Source of the DNA: an uncultured Muribaculaceae bacterium
GTDB taxonomy: Bacteria; Bacillota_I; Bacilli_A; RF39; UBA660
Assembly (NCBI GenBank): GCA_964422195.1
Contig: CAYRAF010000001.1
Coordinates: 946-64,945 of the forward strand
Direction: 5' to 3'
Length of the DNA stretch: 64,000 bases
Part shown: one piece after another, positions 47,884 through 59,047 of the stretch
Layout: each line of letters begins with the position of its first letter
Numbering within the stretch: position 1 is the first letter of the stretch
Made by a program: the position numbers and the translations under genes
Notes under the pieces: generated by a model
Databases searched by the model: none
Seen by the model: only the letters and a program-made list of their open reading frames with translations
Told to the model about the DNA's origin: nothing

Positions 47884-49680
47884 ATGATAAAAGATAATAT
47901 CAAAATTATTAAAGATTTTTTTAAGTTAGTAAAAGGAAGCAAAAAATGGATATTCTTTTTATTCCTAGGTTCAATAATGGCTCATATATCAAGTTTAATT
48001 ATTCCAATTTTTGCGGCAAACATCATTTATGAAGTTACAAACGCAAATGCTAATGCTACTTACTTGAATATTTGCTTACTTGCTATTGCTTATGTAGCTT
48101 ATAATCTATTTTGGTATTTAAACTATGTTTCTTACTCGTACAATTTTGAATATAGTTATAAAAATTTAAGAGGAAAAATTATGGACAAAGTATTTACTTA
48201 TGATACAGAATTTTCAGATAAAGTATCTAAGGGTGCTATTTTAAATACAGTAAATACCGATACCGCTAATCTGTCAGAAATGATAGACAATATTTGTGAG
48301 ATTATTGTTGTTTTTATAAAATTAATAGTTATGCTATTCATATTCTTAAAAACAAACGTTGTTATTGGAATTCTTACTTTACTACTAGAGTATTTATATA
48401 TAAAATCGTTTGATTATTGCAACGTTCAAAGCACAAAACACTTACGAAGCCAATTAAAATATAGAGATAAATTAACAGATAATTTATCGCAAATCTTAAA
48501 TGGCCTTGGAGAAATAAAAACTTTTAATATATATAACAAGATGAAAAACAACTTTTATATCATTGCTAATAAATGGTCTAAGCAATATTTAATGAAAAGA
48601 AAATATGCTAATATTAGAGAAAGTTTATTACCATTTATTATTCATATAGGTAAAATTATGTTATATCTTTTATTAGTTACTTTTGTTTTAAAAGGAAAAT
48701 TCGAAGTCAATATATTAATTTTACTGATTAGTTATTTTGAGGAAATTATGTCAGATACAGAAGAAGTAATGGGATATTCTAGACAAATTAGAGAATGGTC
48801 TATTTCAATTACCAGAATCAATAATATATTGAACTATTCTAGTAAAGAACAAATAACATTTGGGATGAATGATAATGATTATATTACTGGATTAGTAGAG
48901 TTTAAGAATGTTAACTTTTCTTATAAATCTAAAAATAAAGGAAATATTAAAAATATTACTTTTAATGCTGAACCTAATAAAATTACTGCTTTAGTCGGAC
49001 ATAGTGGTAGTGGTAAAACAACTATTACAAATTTACTACTTCGTAAATATAAAACAGATTCTGGTAACATATTGATCGATAAAGAAAATATTTATGATTA
49101 TTCTGAAGAAACTTATTCTACTAATGTTGTTGGCGTAAATCAATCTCCTTTCTTGTTCAATATGAGCATAAAAAAGAATTTAAGCTTAATTGATCCAAAT
49201 GTAAAAAATCAAATAGAAGCTTGTAAACGTGTTGGAATCCATGATTACATTATGTCTTTACCTAAAGGATACAATACTATTCTTACTGAAAATGCAGTTA
49301 ATTTTTCTGGTGGGCAAAGACAATTACTGGCTATTGCTAGAACATTGCTTTCACAAGCAGAAGTATTAATTTTTGATGAAGTAACTAGTTCTCTTGATAC
49401 AATATTAGTAGAAAAAATTAAAGATATATTTGAAAATTTAAAATTAGATCATACAATTATTATTATCACCCATAAAAAAGACGTTATGAAAATTGCTGAT
49501 CATATAATTGTCTTAAATAAAGGAAAAATTGTGGGACAGGGAACCCATGAAAAGTTAATGAAAGATAATAAATATTATATTGATTTACAAACTAATAATT
49601 ATTCAAGTTCACATAAAAAGACATTAGAAAAAGAGATTGAAGATGATGAAGAAGGTGATGAGGAAGAAGAAGAAAAATAA
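47884..49680 (+). CDS. ABC exporter, fused permease-ATPase (MsbA/LmrA-like)
   Basis: Six TM helices plus NBD with GHSGSGKTT, LSGGQRQ, IFDEVTS. Confidence 0.85.
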   Translation: MIKDNIKIIKDFFKLVKGSKKWIFFLFLGSIMAHISSLIIPIFAANIIYEVTNANANATYLNICLLAIAYVAYNLFWYLNYVSYSYNFEYSYKNLRGKIMDKVFTYDTEFSDKVSKGAILNTVNTDTANLSEMIDNICEIIVVFIKLIVMLFIFLKTNVVIGILTLLLEYLYIKSFDYCNVQSTKHLRSQLKYRDKLTDNLSQILNGLGEIKTFNIYNKMKNNFYIIANKWSKQYLMKRKYANIRESLLPFIIHIGKIMLYLLLVTFVLKGKFEVNILILLISYFEEIMSDTEEVMGYSRQIREWSISITRINNILNYSSKEQITFGMNDNDYITGLVEFKNVNFSYKSKNKGNIKNITFNAEPNKITALVGHSGSGKTTITNLLLRKYKTDSGNILIDKENIYDYSEETYSTNVVGVNQSPFLFNMSIKKNLSLIDPNVKNQIEACKRVGIHDYIMSLPKGYNTILTENAVNFSGGQRQLLAIARTLLSQAEVLIFDEVTSSLDTILVEKIKDIFENLKLDHTIIIITHKKDVMKIADHIIVLNKGKIVGQGTHEKLMKDNKYYIDLQTNNYSSSHKKTLEKEIEDDEEGDEEEEEK

Positions 49681-49714
49681 CAAAAAAAACATTAAAATAA
49701 AATGGAGGTATAAA

Positions 49715-50106
49715 ATGTATAAAGAAGATCTAGAACTTGCAAAGAAAGCAAGACTTAATGCTCATTCACCATATAGTAACTTTCAAGTAGGAGCAGCACT
49801 TAGAACTAAAAATGGAAAATTGTATACAGGATGTAATATTGAGAATCATGGTATACAAGGAATATGTGCAGAACGTACAGCATTTGCAAAAGCTATTTCT
49901 GAAGGTGAAAAAGATTTTGAATGTATAACGGTTGTTGGAGCTTTGAAAAACACAGAGCCTCAGAAGAATGTATGCCTTGTGGATATTGTAGACAATTTAT
50001 GAGTGAATTTGTTGATAAAGATTTTAAAATTTATGTTGCTAATGAAAACAATGATATAAAAGAATATTCAATATCAGATTTATTACCACACAGTTTTGAT
50101 TTTTAA
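49715..50106 (+). pseudogene. cdd: Cytidine deaminase disrupted by a frameshift
   Basis: First frame: MYKEDL...CAERTAF...ITVVGA then a stop 19 codons later. Second frame (49921-50106) carries MPCGYCRQFMSEF, the second zinc-ligand motif. The junction is near the A-run at 49945-49953. Confidence 0.7.
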
Positions 50107-50119
50107 TAAAAAGAACAAA

Positions 50120-51337
50120 CTACTTTGTTCTTTTACTTTTATCTATTTTACTTGAAAGTAGGCTAGCTGGAATAATAGAATCAAATCCATACTTATCTTT
50201 GATTTTATCTAAAGCTACGTCTACCTTTTTTTTATTAATATCTTCTTCCTTTTCAAATAAACTTACTTGGTAAGAAGAATCTTCTACTAAATCAGCAAGT
50301 CTTATTCCAATATTTCTAATATAATCTTTTTTCCAAGTTTTTTGGAATAATGCAAATGCTGTTTCATAAATAACCTTAGTTTCATTAGTAGCATTTCTTA
50401 ACTTAGTTTGATGTGAATAATCAAAAAAATCTTTATTTCGAAGTGTAATAGCAATAGTTTTGGCATACCCTTTTTGTTTCCTTAAAGTTCTTCCTACTTC
50501 TTCTGCTTCTTGTAATAATACCTTTTTTATAAATTCGATATCCACAGTATCTGTTGATAACGTTTTAGAAACACTAATATTTTTATTTTTACTTTGGTAT
50601 TTTCCATTTCCAACTTTACTATCATCTATTCCATTTGCATGCCTTATCATAACAATGGCATTATTTTTAAAATGTTTTTCCAGTTTTTTAACATCAGCAT
50701 GAGCAAGATCATAAATAGTTTTAATACCAAGTTCATTTAACTTTTTTGTTGAACTCTTCCCCACCATAAATAACTCACCAACAGGAAGTGGCCACATTTT
50801 ATTTTCAATTTCTTCTTTATATAATGTATGTACTTTATTTGGTTTTTCAAAGTCACTTGCCATTTTTGCACATAATTTGTTATTTCCTATTCCGATATTG
50901 ACAGTAAATCCAAAGTTTTTTTCTATATAATCTTTTATCTGATAAGCAAGTTTTTCTAAGTCTTTATAAATATATTTAGTATTACTCATATCTAAAAAAC
51001 ACTCATCTATAGAAAATATTTCCATATTAGGTGAAAAATCACTTAAATAATTAAACAATTTATAACTCATTTTACTGTATAGTTTATAATTAGGGGGATA
51101 TATTTCTAAGTTTTTACATTTCTTTTTAGCCATATATATTGTTTCTGCAGTTTTAATACCATACTTTTTAGCAACAGGACTTTTAGCAAGTACAATACCA
51201 TGTCTTTTGTCTTCATCTCCACCAATAATAGAAGGTACTTTTCTTATATCTTTTTTATAACCTTTATTTAAAAGATCTACTGCAGTCCATGATAAAAAAG
51301 CATTATTAACATCAATATGAAATATAACTCTATCCAT
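50120..51337 (-). CDS. dinB: DNA polymerase IV (Y family)
   Basis: MDRVIFHIDVNNAFLS...SIDECFLD motifs. Confidence 0.9.
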   Translation of the reverse strand: MDRVIFHIDVNNAFLSWTAVDLLNKGYKKDIRKVPSIIGGDEDKRHGIVLAKSPVAKKYGIKTAETIYMAKKKCKNLEIYPPNYKLYSKMSYKLFNYLSDFSPNMEIFSIDECFLDMSNTKYIYKDLEKLAYQIKDYIEKNFGFTVNIGIGNNKLCAKMASDFEKPNKVHTLYKEEIENKMWPLPVGELFMVGKSSTKKLNELGIKTIYDLAHADVKKLEKHFKNNAIVMIRHANGIDDSKVGNGKYQSKNKNISVSKTLSTDTVDIEFIKKVLLQEAEEVGRTLRKQKGYAKTIAITLRNKDFFDYSHQTKLRNATNETKVIYETAFALFQKTWKKDYIRNIGIRLADLVEDSSYQVSLFEKEEDINKKKVDVALDKIKDKYGFDSIIPASLLSSKIDKSKRTK

Positions 51338-51351
51338 AGCATCACCTACTA

Positions 51352-52206
51352 TTAATTATTAACTTCTATTTGTTTTTCATCTACATATTCATAATTTAAC
51401 CTATTATCTTTATTCACAATACTTTCTCCTAAACTTTTTTCTATATCGTCTCTAGCAACTTTTGCAGCATGTCCACCAAGTTTAGCAACTTTTTTATTTG
51501 CATTAAGTCCTTGTGGTTTTTGTTTTTTTGCCAGTCTTTTAGTAACTTCTTCTCCCAAGTTTGCAAGAGTAACTTCCAAACTATCCATATTATCTCTTAA
51601 AGACTCTTTGCGAAGCCCTTTATATTGTTTATATTCTTGTGCTGTCATCCCAGACCATTCTTTATATATTTCATTAGTTAATATAGCATACTCTTTTTCC
51701 TCAGTTATTCCTCCATCTTTCCAAGTATCAGTTAATGATTTTCTATCTTGTATACCCTTTATACGTTTTGCAATCCAGTATTCATCATAACCTTTAGCTC
51801 TATATGTATCAATTGCTCTTTGTACTGTAATTGATGGATCAAAAACCTCATCTATTCTTTCTTTTCCTAAATGTGCAAGCCACTGTTTTATGGGTTCAGC
51901 ATTTTTACTAGGAACCGCTTCAATAATTCTAAACATTCCTTCTATATCAACTACATCTGTCATACTATATTTACCATCTATAGATTTTAATTTAAAATAG
52001 TTAAAATTTGTAAAGGTTTCATTTCCTTCATCTTTAAGTCTCTTTTTTAAGACCCTCCAATAAGTCTGAACATTTTTACTATCAGTCAAGACTCTTACTA
52101 TATCTACGACACTGATATAATATTTTTCTTCATCCTTATTCCATACTGTTCTTATTGTTTCATTATTAAATATTTTGTTAATTAAATACATCTTATTTTG
52201 ATTCAT
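51352..52206 (-). CDS. DinD-like DNA-damage-inducible protein (Bro-N-like N-terminus plus DinD-like C-terminus)
   Basis: The N-terminus resembles the Bro-N fold. The C-terminal part (QEYKQYKGLRKESLRDNMDSLEVTLANL) aligns with E. coli DinD. Same operon as dinB. Confidence 0.5.
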   Translation of the reverse strand: MNQNKMYLINKIFNNETIRTVWNKDEEKYYISVVDIVRVLTDSKNVQTYWRVLKKRLKDEGNETFTNFNYFKLKSIDGKYSMTDVVDIEGMFRIIEAVPSKNAEPIKQWLAHLGKERIDEVFDPSITVQRAIDTYRAKGYDEYWIAKRIKGIQDRKSLTDTWKDGGITEEKEYAILTNEIYKEWSGMTAQEYKQYKGLRKESLRDNMDSLEVTLANLGEEVTKRLAKKQKPQGLNANKKVAKLGGHAAKVARDDIEKSLGESIVNKDNRLNYEYVDEKQIEVNN

Positions 52207-52287
52207 TTTTTTCTCCCCTGATATTTTATTTTTTACTACTTATAATTAAATTTTATATTAACAAATTGTAAAAGTCAATACAAAATT

Positions 52288-52299
52288 GTACATTTGTTC
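52288..52299 (-). promoter_or_regulatory. Possible LexA (Cheo-box-like) site GAACAAATGTAC abutting the -35 of the dinD-dinB promoter
   Basis: Minus-strand GAAC-N4-GTAC has one mismatch to GAAC-N4-GTTC. Followed by TTGACT-17 nt-TAAAAT. Confidence 0.3.
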
Positions 52300-52346
52300 T
52301 ATTTTTTTGTAAAGAAAAAGCAACATTTTTAGCTGCTTCAATTTTA

Positions 52347-53864
52347 TTATATAATTAAACTTTTACCAGTCATCTCCTCTGGTATTTCCATATTCATAAG
52401 AGTTAGCATTGTTGGTGCAATATCAGCAAGTTTACCATCTTTTAATTCTATTCCTTCTTTAGTAATGATACATGGTACTGGGTTTGTAGTATGCGTAGTT
52501 ACAGGTCTTTTTTCTTTATCCCACATAATATCACAGTTTCCATGATCAGCAATAATAATTAAAACACCACCAAGTTCATTAACCTTATTATATATTTTAT
52601 CTAAACATTTATCCATATGTTCAACCGCTTCTTTAGCAGCTTCATAAACACCGGTATGTCCAACCATATCACCATTCGCAAGATTCATAATAGTAACATC
52701 ATAATTACCTACTTCCCTTAAGAATGCATCTGTAACTTCATATACACTCATTTCTGGTTTTAAATCATACGTAGCTACTTTAGGTGAAGGAATAAGTATC
52801 TTCTTCATATCATCATATTCTATTTCTTTTCCCCCATCAAAGAAGAATGTAACATGTGGATATTTTTCTGTTTCTGCAACCCTAAGTTGACTTAATCCAT
52901 TGTTATGTAAATAATCAACCATAATATTTTTCATATCCAAATCATCAAAGGCATGAGGACAAGTTACTGTTTCCGTAACTGGATACATTGTCATAACTTT
53001 CAGATTATTAAAATGTTTAACCTTTATTCCTTTTTCACTAGCATCTTTTTCATAGGCATCAGGATTACTAAATAAAGTAAACATTTCTCTTAATCTATCT
53101 TTTCTAAAATTAAAAGCTATTATTCCATCATTATCATTTAATGGATTAGAATCAATTATACCAGGAATAACAAACTCATCAAACTTGCCGTTTTTATAAT
53201 TGTCATCAACTAATTCTTTATATGTATTATATTTTGGGCCATCTCCATATACTATTGCATCATATGAAAGTTTTAATCTATCAAAATTGTTATCCCTATC
53301 CATTCCATAATATCTTCCAGATATTGTATTTATCTTTCCAATTCCTATCTCATTCATTTTATCATTTAATTTATCTAAATAAGTTAAAGCACTTTTTTCA
53401 TAAGTATCTCTTCCATCAAGGCAAATATCAAAGTATACGTTATTAACCCCTTCTGCTTTACAAATATCTAAAAGAGCCAACGCATGATCTATATGTGAAT
53501 GAACTCCACCATCAGATAATAAACCAAATAAATGTAAATTACTATTATTGCTTTTTACATGATTAAGTACATCTAATATTTCTTTGTTTTTATATAAATC
53601 TTTACTTTCTATTGCCCCTGTTATTGCCTCAAGTGGTTGAAGAGCAATTCTTCCTGATCCTAAATTCATATGCCCTACTTCACTTGTTCCCATTTGACCT
53701 TCTGGAAGTCCTACAGCTGGACCACTTGCTTGAAGTATGGAATGAGGATACTTATCCATTAACATATCGAGTGTAGGAGTATCTGCATTTTTAAAAGCAT
53801 TACCATCACTATCTTCTCTTACTCCACATCCATCTAATATACATAATACTAACGGTTTTTTCAT
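52347..53864 (-). CDS. gpmI: 2,3-bisphosphoglycerate-independent phosphoglycerate mutase
   Basis: N-terminal LCILDGCG. Ser-phosphorylation and metal-binding blocks. 505 aa. Confidence 0.9.
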   Translation of the reverse strand: MKKPLVLCILDGCGVREDSDGNAFKNADTPTLDMLMDKYPHSILQASGPAVGLPEGQMGTSEVGHMNLGSGRIALQPLEAITGAIESKDLYKNKEILDVLNHVKSNNSNLHLFGLLSDGGVHSHIDHALALLDICKAEGVNNVYFDICLDGRDTYEKSALTYLDKLNDKMNEIGIGKINTISGRYYGMDRDNNFDRLKLSYDAIVYGDGPKYNTYKELVDDNYKNGKFDEFVIPGIIDSNPLNDNDGIIAFNFRKDRLREMFTLFSNPDAYEKDASEKGIKVKHFNNLKVMTMYPVTETVTCPHAFDDLDMKNIMVDYLHNNGLSQLRVAETEKYPHVTFFFDGGKEIEYDDMKKILIPSPKVATYDLKPEMSVYEVTDAFLREVGNYDVTIMNLANGDMVGHTGVYEAAKEAVEHMDKCLDKIYNKVNELGGVLIIIADHGNCDIMWDKEKRPVTTHTTNPVPCIITKEGIELKDGKLADIAPTMLTLMNMEIPEEMTGKSLII

Positions 53865-53876
53865 AAATATCCCTCC

Positions 53877-55145
53877 TTAATTTCCTAAACAAAATGTTGC
53901 ATATACTGGTACATATTTAATATTCTTTTTCTTACTAAAATTATCTTCAGTAATTCTTATTGCTTCTAGTACTGTATACTTTCTCATAAATATTCCTAAA
54001 GACTTAGATTTAGATAAATCTTTATTAACAAGTTCTATAGGCACAATTCCTCCAACTTTATTTTGAATTACAAAGCTAAGGCCACTTTTTCCCTCAGATT
54101 GATAATAGAATACATTCATATTTTGACGAGATAAAGAAATAGCTACACTGTTTTCATAAAGCAAGTTTTTTAACTTTTGATCAGTTAAAAATCTCATTCT
54201 AGAAACATTTAAACTATTAAATAAAATTCCGGTATCGTTAAAATACAATTTAAAACTATCTTTATCCTTACAACTTGTAAGTGGAGACTTTGCTTCACTA
54301 ATTCTATGTATTTTATATAAAAAGTTATTTACACTTAAAAAGTTAATGCTTGATTCATACTCTTTTGCTCTACTTCCAGTACCCATAAGTCCATACTGAA
54401 ATTTTCTATTTTCTTTTTGTAATTGATAAACTGCACTATTCATAACTTCTACACTTCTAGGTGTATCTATTAAGTTTTTCATACGATAAAAGTCTTTATA
54501 ATAAGTATCCCTAATCTTACTTTGAATAGTTTTTATTGTTAATACATCTGCGCCATTTATACTAGCTTCTACTACTTCAGGAAGACCACCTGTCATAACA
54601 AACTCATTAAATAAGTCTAAAGCTACACTATGAAAAGGCATTGGCTTATTATTCTTAAAAGACTCTTTTATAAAATCTATTAATTGTTTTTGATCTCTAG
54701 CAATCAAATATTCCTCAAAATCCATCGGAAACATTTGTTTAAACTGTAATTCCTCGCCCTTAAATCTAACAAGATTTGCTTTTAATGATGTAATCATAAT
54801 AATATGATATTCAGATGTAGGCATACCAAACTTCTTAATACCTTTTACAATATCACTATTATTAACATTATCTATTACAATCAAAGTATCTTCTTTCTTT
54901 ATTTCCTCACCAGAAAGTAATGATAAATTAAATATTATTTTTTCTGGAGTATTCTCTGTTTTAAATATTTTAATTAAATCATTGTAATTTTCACTATTAA
55001 AATAAGCAATATTCTTATAATTAGTTCTTCCAAATTCTAATACACTATATGTTTTGCCTATCTGTTTTGTACCATATATAAGTAAAGGTTTTCTAGAATC
55101 ATCCTTTCTCCACCTTTGCAAAAAAACATTAATTTTTCGTTCCAT
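53877..55145 (-). CDS. AAA+ ATPase with C-terminal DUF4143-like domain
   Basis: Walker A GTKQIGKT. About 420 aa, architecture of the ATP-binding-protein family. Confidence 0.6.
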   Translation of the reverse strand: MERKINVFLQRWRKDDSRKPLLIYGTKQIGKTYSVLEFGRTNYKNIAYFNSENYNDLIKIFKTENTPEKIIFNLSLLSGEEIKKEDTLIVIDNVNNSDIVKGIKKFGMPTSEYHIIMITSLKANLVRFKGEELQFKQMFPMDFEEYLIARDQKQLIDFIKESFKNNKPMPFHSVALDLFNEFVMTGGLPEVVEASINGADVLTIKTIQSKIRDTYYKDFYRMKNLIDTPRSVEVMNSAVYQLQKENRKFQYGLMGTGSRAKEYESSINFLSVNNFLYKIHRISEAKSPLTSCKDKDSFKLYFNDTGILFNSLNVSRMRFLTDQKLKNLLYENSVAISLSRQNMNVFYYQSEGKSGLSFVIQNKVGGIVPIELVNKDLSKSKSLGIFMRKYTVLEAIRITEDNFSKKKNIKYVPVYATFCLGN

Positions 55146-55225
55146 AATATGTATCCTCCTTACTATAATCCTAATTTAAGTATACATTTTTACTAACACA
55201 AAGTCAATCATTCGTAAAAAAAAGA

Positions 55226-56032
55226 CTATATCTTAGTCTTATGAAATTCTAATCTTAAGTTATCTGCGACTGTGACAATGAATTCACTATTAGTTGGTTT
55301 TGCTTTATCTATATCAACACTGTAACCAAAAATATCTTCCATCAAATCCCAGTTACCCCTATTCCAACTAACTTCAATCGCATGCCTAATTGCTCTTTCT
55401 ACTCTAGATACTGTTGTATCAAATTTATCAGCAATTCTAGGATATAAATCTTTAGTAATTCTTCCTGTTAATTCTGGATTGTCATATATCATAGATATAC
55501 CTTCTCTAATATATTGATACCCCTTAATATGTGAAGGTACTCCAAGTTCATGTAATATCTTTGTAATAGATATTTCCAAATTATTATGATAAACATCTAT
55601 TGAGCTTTTACTATAATTATTGTTTCCCATACATTCTATTATACGTTTTTCTAAATCTGCAAGTTCAAAAGGTTTTAATATAAAGTAATCAATACCAAAC
55701 TCTGATACCCTTCTTATCATAGCTTGAGTATTATAAGATGTAAGAATAATTACCTTTTTGCTTATTCCCTCTTTTACCATACTTTCTAATACTTCTACTC
55801 CATCTTTTTTAGGCATAATCAAATCTAGTAAAATTAAATCATAATCATTTTGTTGCTCTCTAATTATCTTTAATCCTTCCTCACCGTTTTCTGCCTGTAA
55901 TACTACTTTTATATTAGCGTGATCATTAAAATACTCCTTGATCATTTCTATTAGTTCTATATTATCATCAATCATTAGAACCCTTATGTTTTCTTTCATT
56001 ATATCTCCTTTCTTACTACCACGCATATACAT
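55226..56032 (-). CDS. spo0A: Sporulation master regulator Spo0A (receiver plus Spo0A_C)
   Basis: Receiver domain (LMIDDN...LLDLIMP). C-terminal [18 protein letters not shown]...[18 protein letters not shown] signature. The true start is probably M12 (MKENIRV). Confidence 0.85.
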   Translation of the reverse strand: MYMRGSKKGDIMKENIRVLMIDDNIELIEMIKEYFNDHANIKVVLQAENGEEGLKIIREQQNDYDLILLDLIMPKKDGVEVLESMVKEGISKKVIILTSYNTQAMIRRVSEFGIDYFILKPFELADLEKRIIECMGNNNYSKSSIDVYHNNLEISITKILHELGVPSHIKGYQYIREGISMIYDNPELTGRITKDLYPRIADKFDTTVSRVERAIRHAIEVSWNRGNWDLMEDIFGYSVDIDKAKPTNSEFIVTVADNLRLEFHKTKI

Positions 56033-56096
56033 TATATAATAAATTTCTACATAAAAAAAGAGCTAATAATAGCTACTTTTGTCGAAAAACATAATT

Positions 56097-56813
56097 TTAC
56101 ATTTTTGTTATTAATTCTTGTAGTTTATTTAAATCTAAGCTTATACTTCCAAGTAAATAACCATCTAATCCTTTTATTCTATTTATTCTTTCAATATTAC
56201 TATTATTAACACTTCCACCATATAAAACTCTAATTTTAACTTTAAAGTTTTTATATATTAAATCCTTTATATATAATATAATTTCTTCTATTTCATTAGA
56301 AGAAGGAGTTTTACCACTACCAACCGCCCATACAGGTTCATAAGCAATAATTATATTAGATATATCCTTAGAATTTATCTTACTTAAAGATTCTTTTAGT
56401 TGTTGACTGATTACTTCTTTAGTTGTATTAGTACTTTTTTCAATCATAGTTTCTCCTACACATAGTATAGGCTTTATTTTATTTAAAAGTAATAATCTAA
56501 TCTTTTTATTTATATCTTGATCATTTTCATTAAAATTCTTTTTTCGTTCACTATGACCAACTAAAGAATATTTAACTCCTAAAGATTTAAGTTGTAAAGC
56601 TGAAACTTCACCAGTGTATGCGCCATCTTTATTAGAAGATGAATTTTGACTTCCTACAATAAATCCATTATCTATAAAATTTGTTAAATATATATCGCTA
56701 GGGCAAACCACTAGTTTATTACCATTAATATCTATATTAGTTAGATCAACAATATACTTTTTAATATTCTTATATTCTAAATTCATTTTATGATTTAAAA
56801 TAAGATACTTCAT
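56097..56813 (-). CDS. tpiA: Triosephosphate isomerase
   Basis: VGHSERK and AYEPVWAVGSGK motifs. Confidence 0.85.
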   Translation of the reverse strand: MKYLILNHKMNLEYKNIKKYIVDLTNIDINGNKLVVCPSDIYLTNFIDNGFIVGSQNSSSNKDGAYTGEVSALQLKSLGVKYSLVGHSERKKNFNENDQDINKKIRLLLLNKIKPILCVGETMIEKSTNTTKEVISQQLKESLSKINSKDISNIIIAYEPVWAVGSGKTPSSNEIEEIILYIKDLIYKNFKVKIRVLYGGSVNNSNIERINRIKGLDGYLLGSISLDLNKLQELITKM

Positions 56814-58036
56814 TTTTTATCAACAACCTTCTTATATAGTTTAGATATCCAACCAAATCTTTCTTTTTTATTTTCTAAAGCATACTTATAAACATTTAAT
56901 ACAGCTTCAGCATAGTATTTTGAACTATACTTATCAGCGCTTCTCCTAGCCCCGTTTGCAAGTCTTTCTAATTCTTTTTTATTATTTGAAAGTTCTAGTA
57001 CTATAGATGCACATTCATCTTCAGTTTTAAATATTTTACCATTCAAACCATCAACAACAACATTTAAGAAACTTTCATCTTCAATACAAATTGGAGGAAG
57101 TGATGCAGCCATAGCCTCTATAACAGTTAATCCTTGAGTCTCTGTAGTTGACGCTGTTACAAAAAGATCAAATAAATTATAATAAATTGGTACTTCTTCC
57201 CAAGGAACTTTACCAGTAAATATAGTAATATTATCTATTTTTAGTTTTTTAGATAATTTCTTTAAACTATCAACATCAGGACCATCACCTACAATAACCA
57301 ATTTTATATTATTATTCTTTTTATAGACTTTACTAACAACATTAAGTATTGTATCTATACTTTTTTCTTCAGCTATTCGACCAACATAACCAATTATAAA
57401 ATCACGTTTTTTTAAATCCAAAGACTTTCTTAAATCATCAATATCTTTTTGTTTAACATTTTCTTTATAAAATCTATCTATTTCTATACCAGTTGGTATT
57501 ATATGAACATTACGATCAACTTTATATTTGTTTTTAAATAAGTCATATGTTTTTTTAGTAGGCACTATCAACTCAGTTACAGTTTTATCACAATAAAATA
57601 AGCTTAAATACTTAACAATTTCTTTACTAGAGTTATTAAAATATCCATGAGTTATATAGTGTACATAATCTTCATACATTGTATGATAAGTATGTACCAG
57701 CGGAATATTTAACTGATTAGCGCATATTCTAGCAAAGTTACCAACACCAAATTCAGTATGTGAATGAATTACATCTAAATTCCATTTTTTAACTTGTCTA
57801 AAAGCTCTTATAGACATAGCTCCACTAATTCTATAATCGTACAGCTTTACAGGAATTCCTGGTAATCTAACAACGTGTTCATCTTCTTCATATTTATATT
57901 TCATAGCTTCTGGATTAACAGTTACTACATAAACGGTATGACCAAGTTTTTCTAATGCTCTTTTTAACATACAAACACTAGTAGATACACCATTAATAAA
58001 AGGTGGATATGTATCAGCAAATAAACCTATTCTCAT
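56810..58036 (-). CDS. GT4-family glycosyltransferase (glycolipid synthase-like)
   Basis: MRIGLFADTYPPFINGVS N-terminus. C-terminal E-x7-E GT4 region. Confidence 0.75.
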   Translation of the reverse strand: MRIGLFADTYPPFINGVSTSVCMLKRALEKLGHTVYVVTVNPEAMKYKYEEDEHVVRLPGIPVKLYDYRISGAMSIRAFRQVKKWNLDVIHSHTEFGVGNFARICANQLNIPLVHTYHTMYEDYVHYITHGYFNNSSKEIVKYLSLFYCDKTVTELIVPTKKTYDLFKNKYKVDRNVHIIPTGIEIDRFYKENVKQKDIDDLRKSLDLKKRDFIIGYVGRIAEEKSIDTILNVVSKVYKKNNNIKLVIVGDGPDVDSLKKLSKKLKIDNITIFTGKVPWEEVPIYYNLFDLFVTASTTETQGLTVIEAMAASLPPICIEDESFLNVVVDGLNGKIFKTEDECASIVLELSNNKKELERLANGARRSADKYSSKYYAEAVLNVYKYALENKKERFGWISKLYKKVVDKK

Positions 58037-59040
58037 TTTTGCTCATCTCCTTTATATAGATTAAATATTATACCTCCAATAATAATAGGAATATAATATG
58101 ATATAGTTCTAAATATAATTAATATAGCAGGCAGTGTCGCCCCATTTATAAAATTACCAAAAAATGACATAAATGAATACTCAAATCCACCGGTAGCACC
58201 TGGTAAAGGTATAAATGAAGCAACTAAATATACATATGCAGAGGCTGTTATAACTTCAATCGCATTTATATTACTTATACCAAAACCATACGCCACAAAT
58301 AATGGGGTTATATAAAAGAAACATAAACCAATAAAATTAATTATAACGCCCTTAATTAATATCTTTTTATTAGATAATAAGTATTTAGCATTACTATGGA
58401 ATTCTTTTAACTTTTTATCAACTTTTGTTAATGTTTTCTCTTTATTCTTAATAATTCGTAATTTAATTAATATCTTAGTAATACCTCTAACAAAGAAATC
58501 TGTTATTCTTTTATCCAAACTGATAATTATTAAAGCAATTACAACTAAAGTATTAAATAAAAATCCTAATCCTACCAATAGTCTTAATATATCTATTCTA
58601 GTAAAAAAATGGCAAAAATAATTGATGCTAACAGCAATGACACCTAATATAACCAAAGCTATTTGGTAGAATATAAATTCCTGAATTACTATATTTGTAG
58701 ATTTAGATACCGATATATTATTCTTTCTTAACATATATACTTGCATAGGTTGTCCACCTGTTTGAAATGGTGTTATTCCATTAAAGAATTGTACTATTAA
58801 ATTTTGCAAAAAAGCTTTCTTATAAGTAAATGACTTATTATTGTTAATTGCAACAATCCTCAACGATTCAGCTTTACACATTAAATATATTAAAAAAGAT
58901 AACATAGATAATACTATAAATATTACTCTCATATTTAATAATTCATGTACGATATCATTAAAATCATCTTTTAATATTATATACATTGCAATAACAGTAA
59001 TAATTAATATTATAAATGTATTTTTTTTAAAGTTTTTCAT
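58033..59040 (-). CDS. UPF0104 / LPG-synthase-TM-like flippase-type membrane protein
   Basis: Eight TM helices. Coupled to the GT4 gene, with overlapping start and stop. Confidence 0.55.
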   Translation of the reverse strand: MKNFKKNTFIILIITVIAMYIILKDDFNDIVHELLNMRVIFIVLSMLSFLIYLMCKAESLRIVAINNNKSFTYKKAFLQNLIVQFFNGITPFQTGGQPMQVYMLRKNNISVSKSTNIVIQEFIFYQIALVILGVIAVSINYFCHFFTRIDILRLLVGLGFLFNTLVVIALIIISLDKRITDFFVRGITKILIKLRIIKNKEKTLTKVDKKLKEFHSNAKYLLSNKKILIKGVIINFIGLCFFYITPLFVAYGFGISNINAIEVITASAYVYLVASFIPLPGATGGFEYSFMSFFGNFINGATLPAILIIFRTISYYIPIIIGGIIFNLYKGDEQK

Positions 59041-59047
59041 CTCATCA

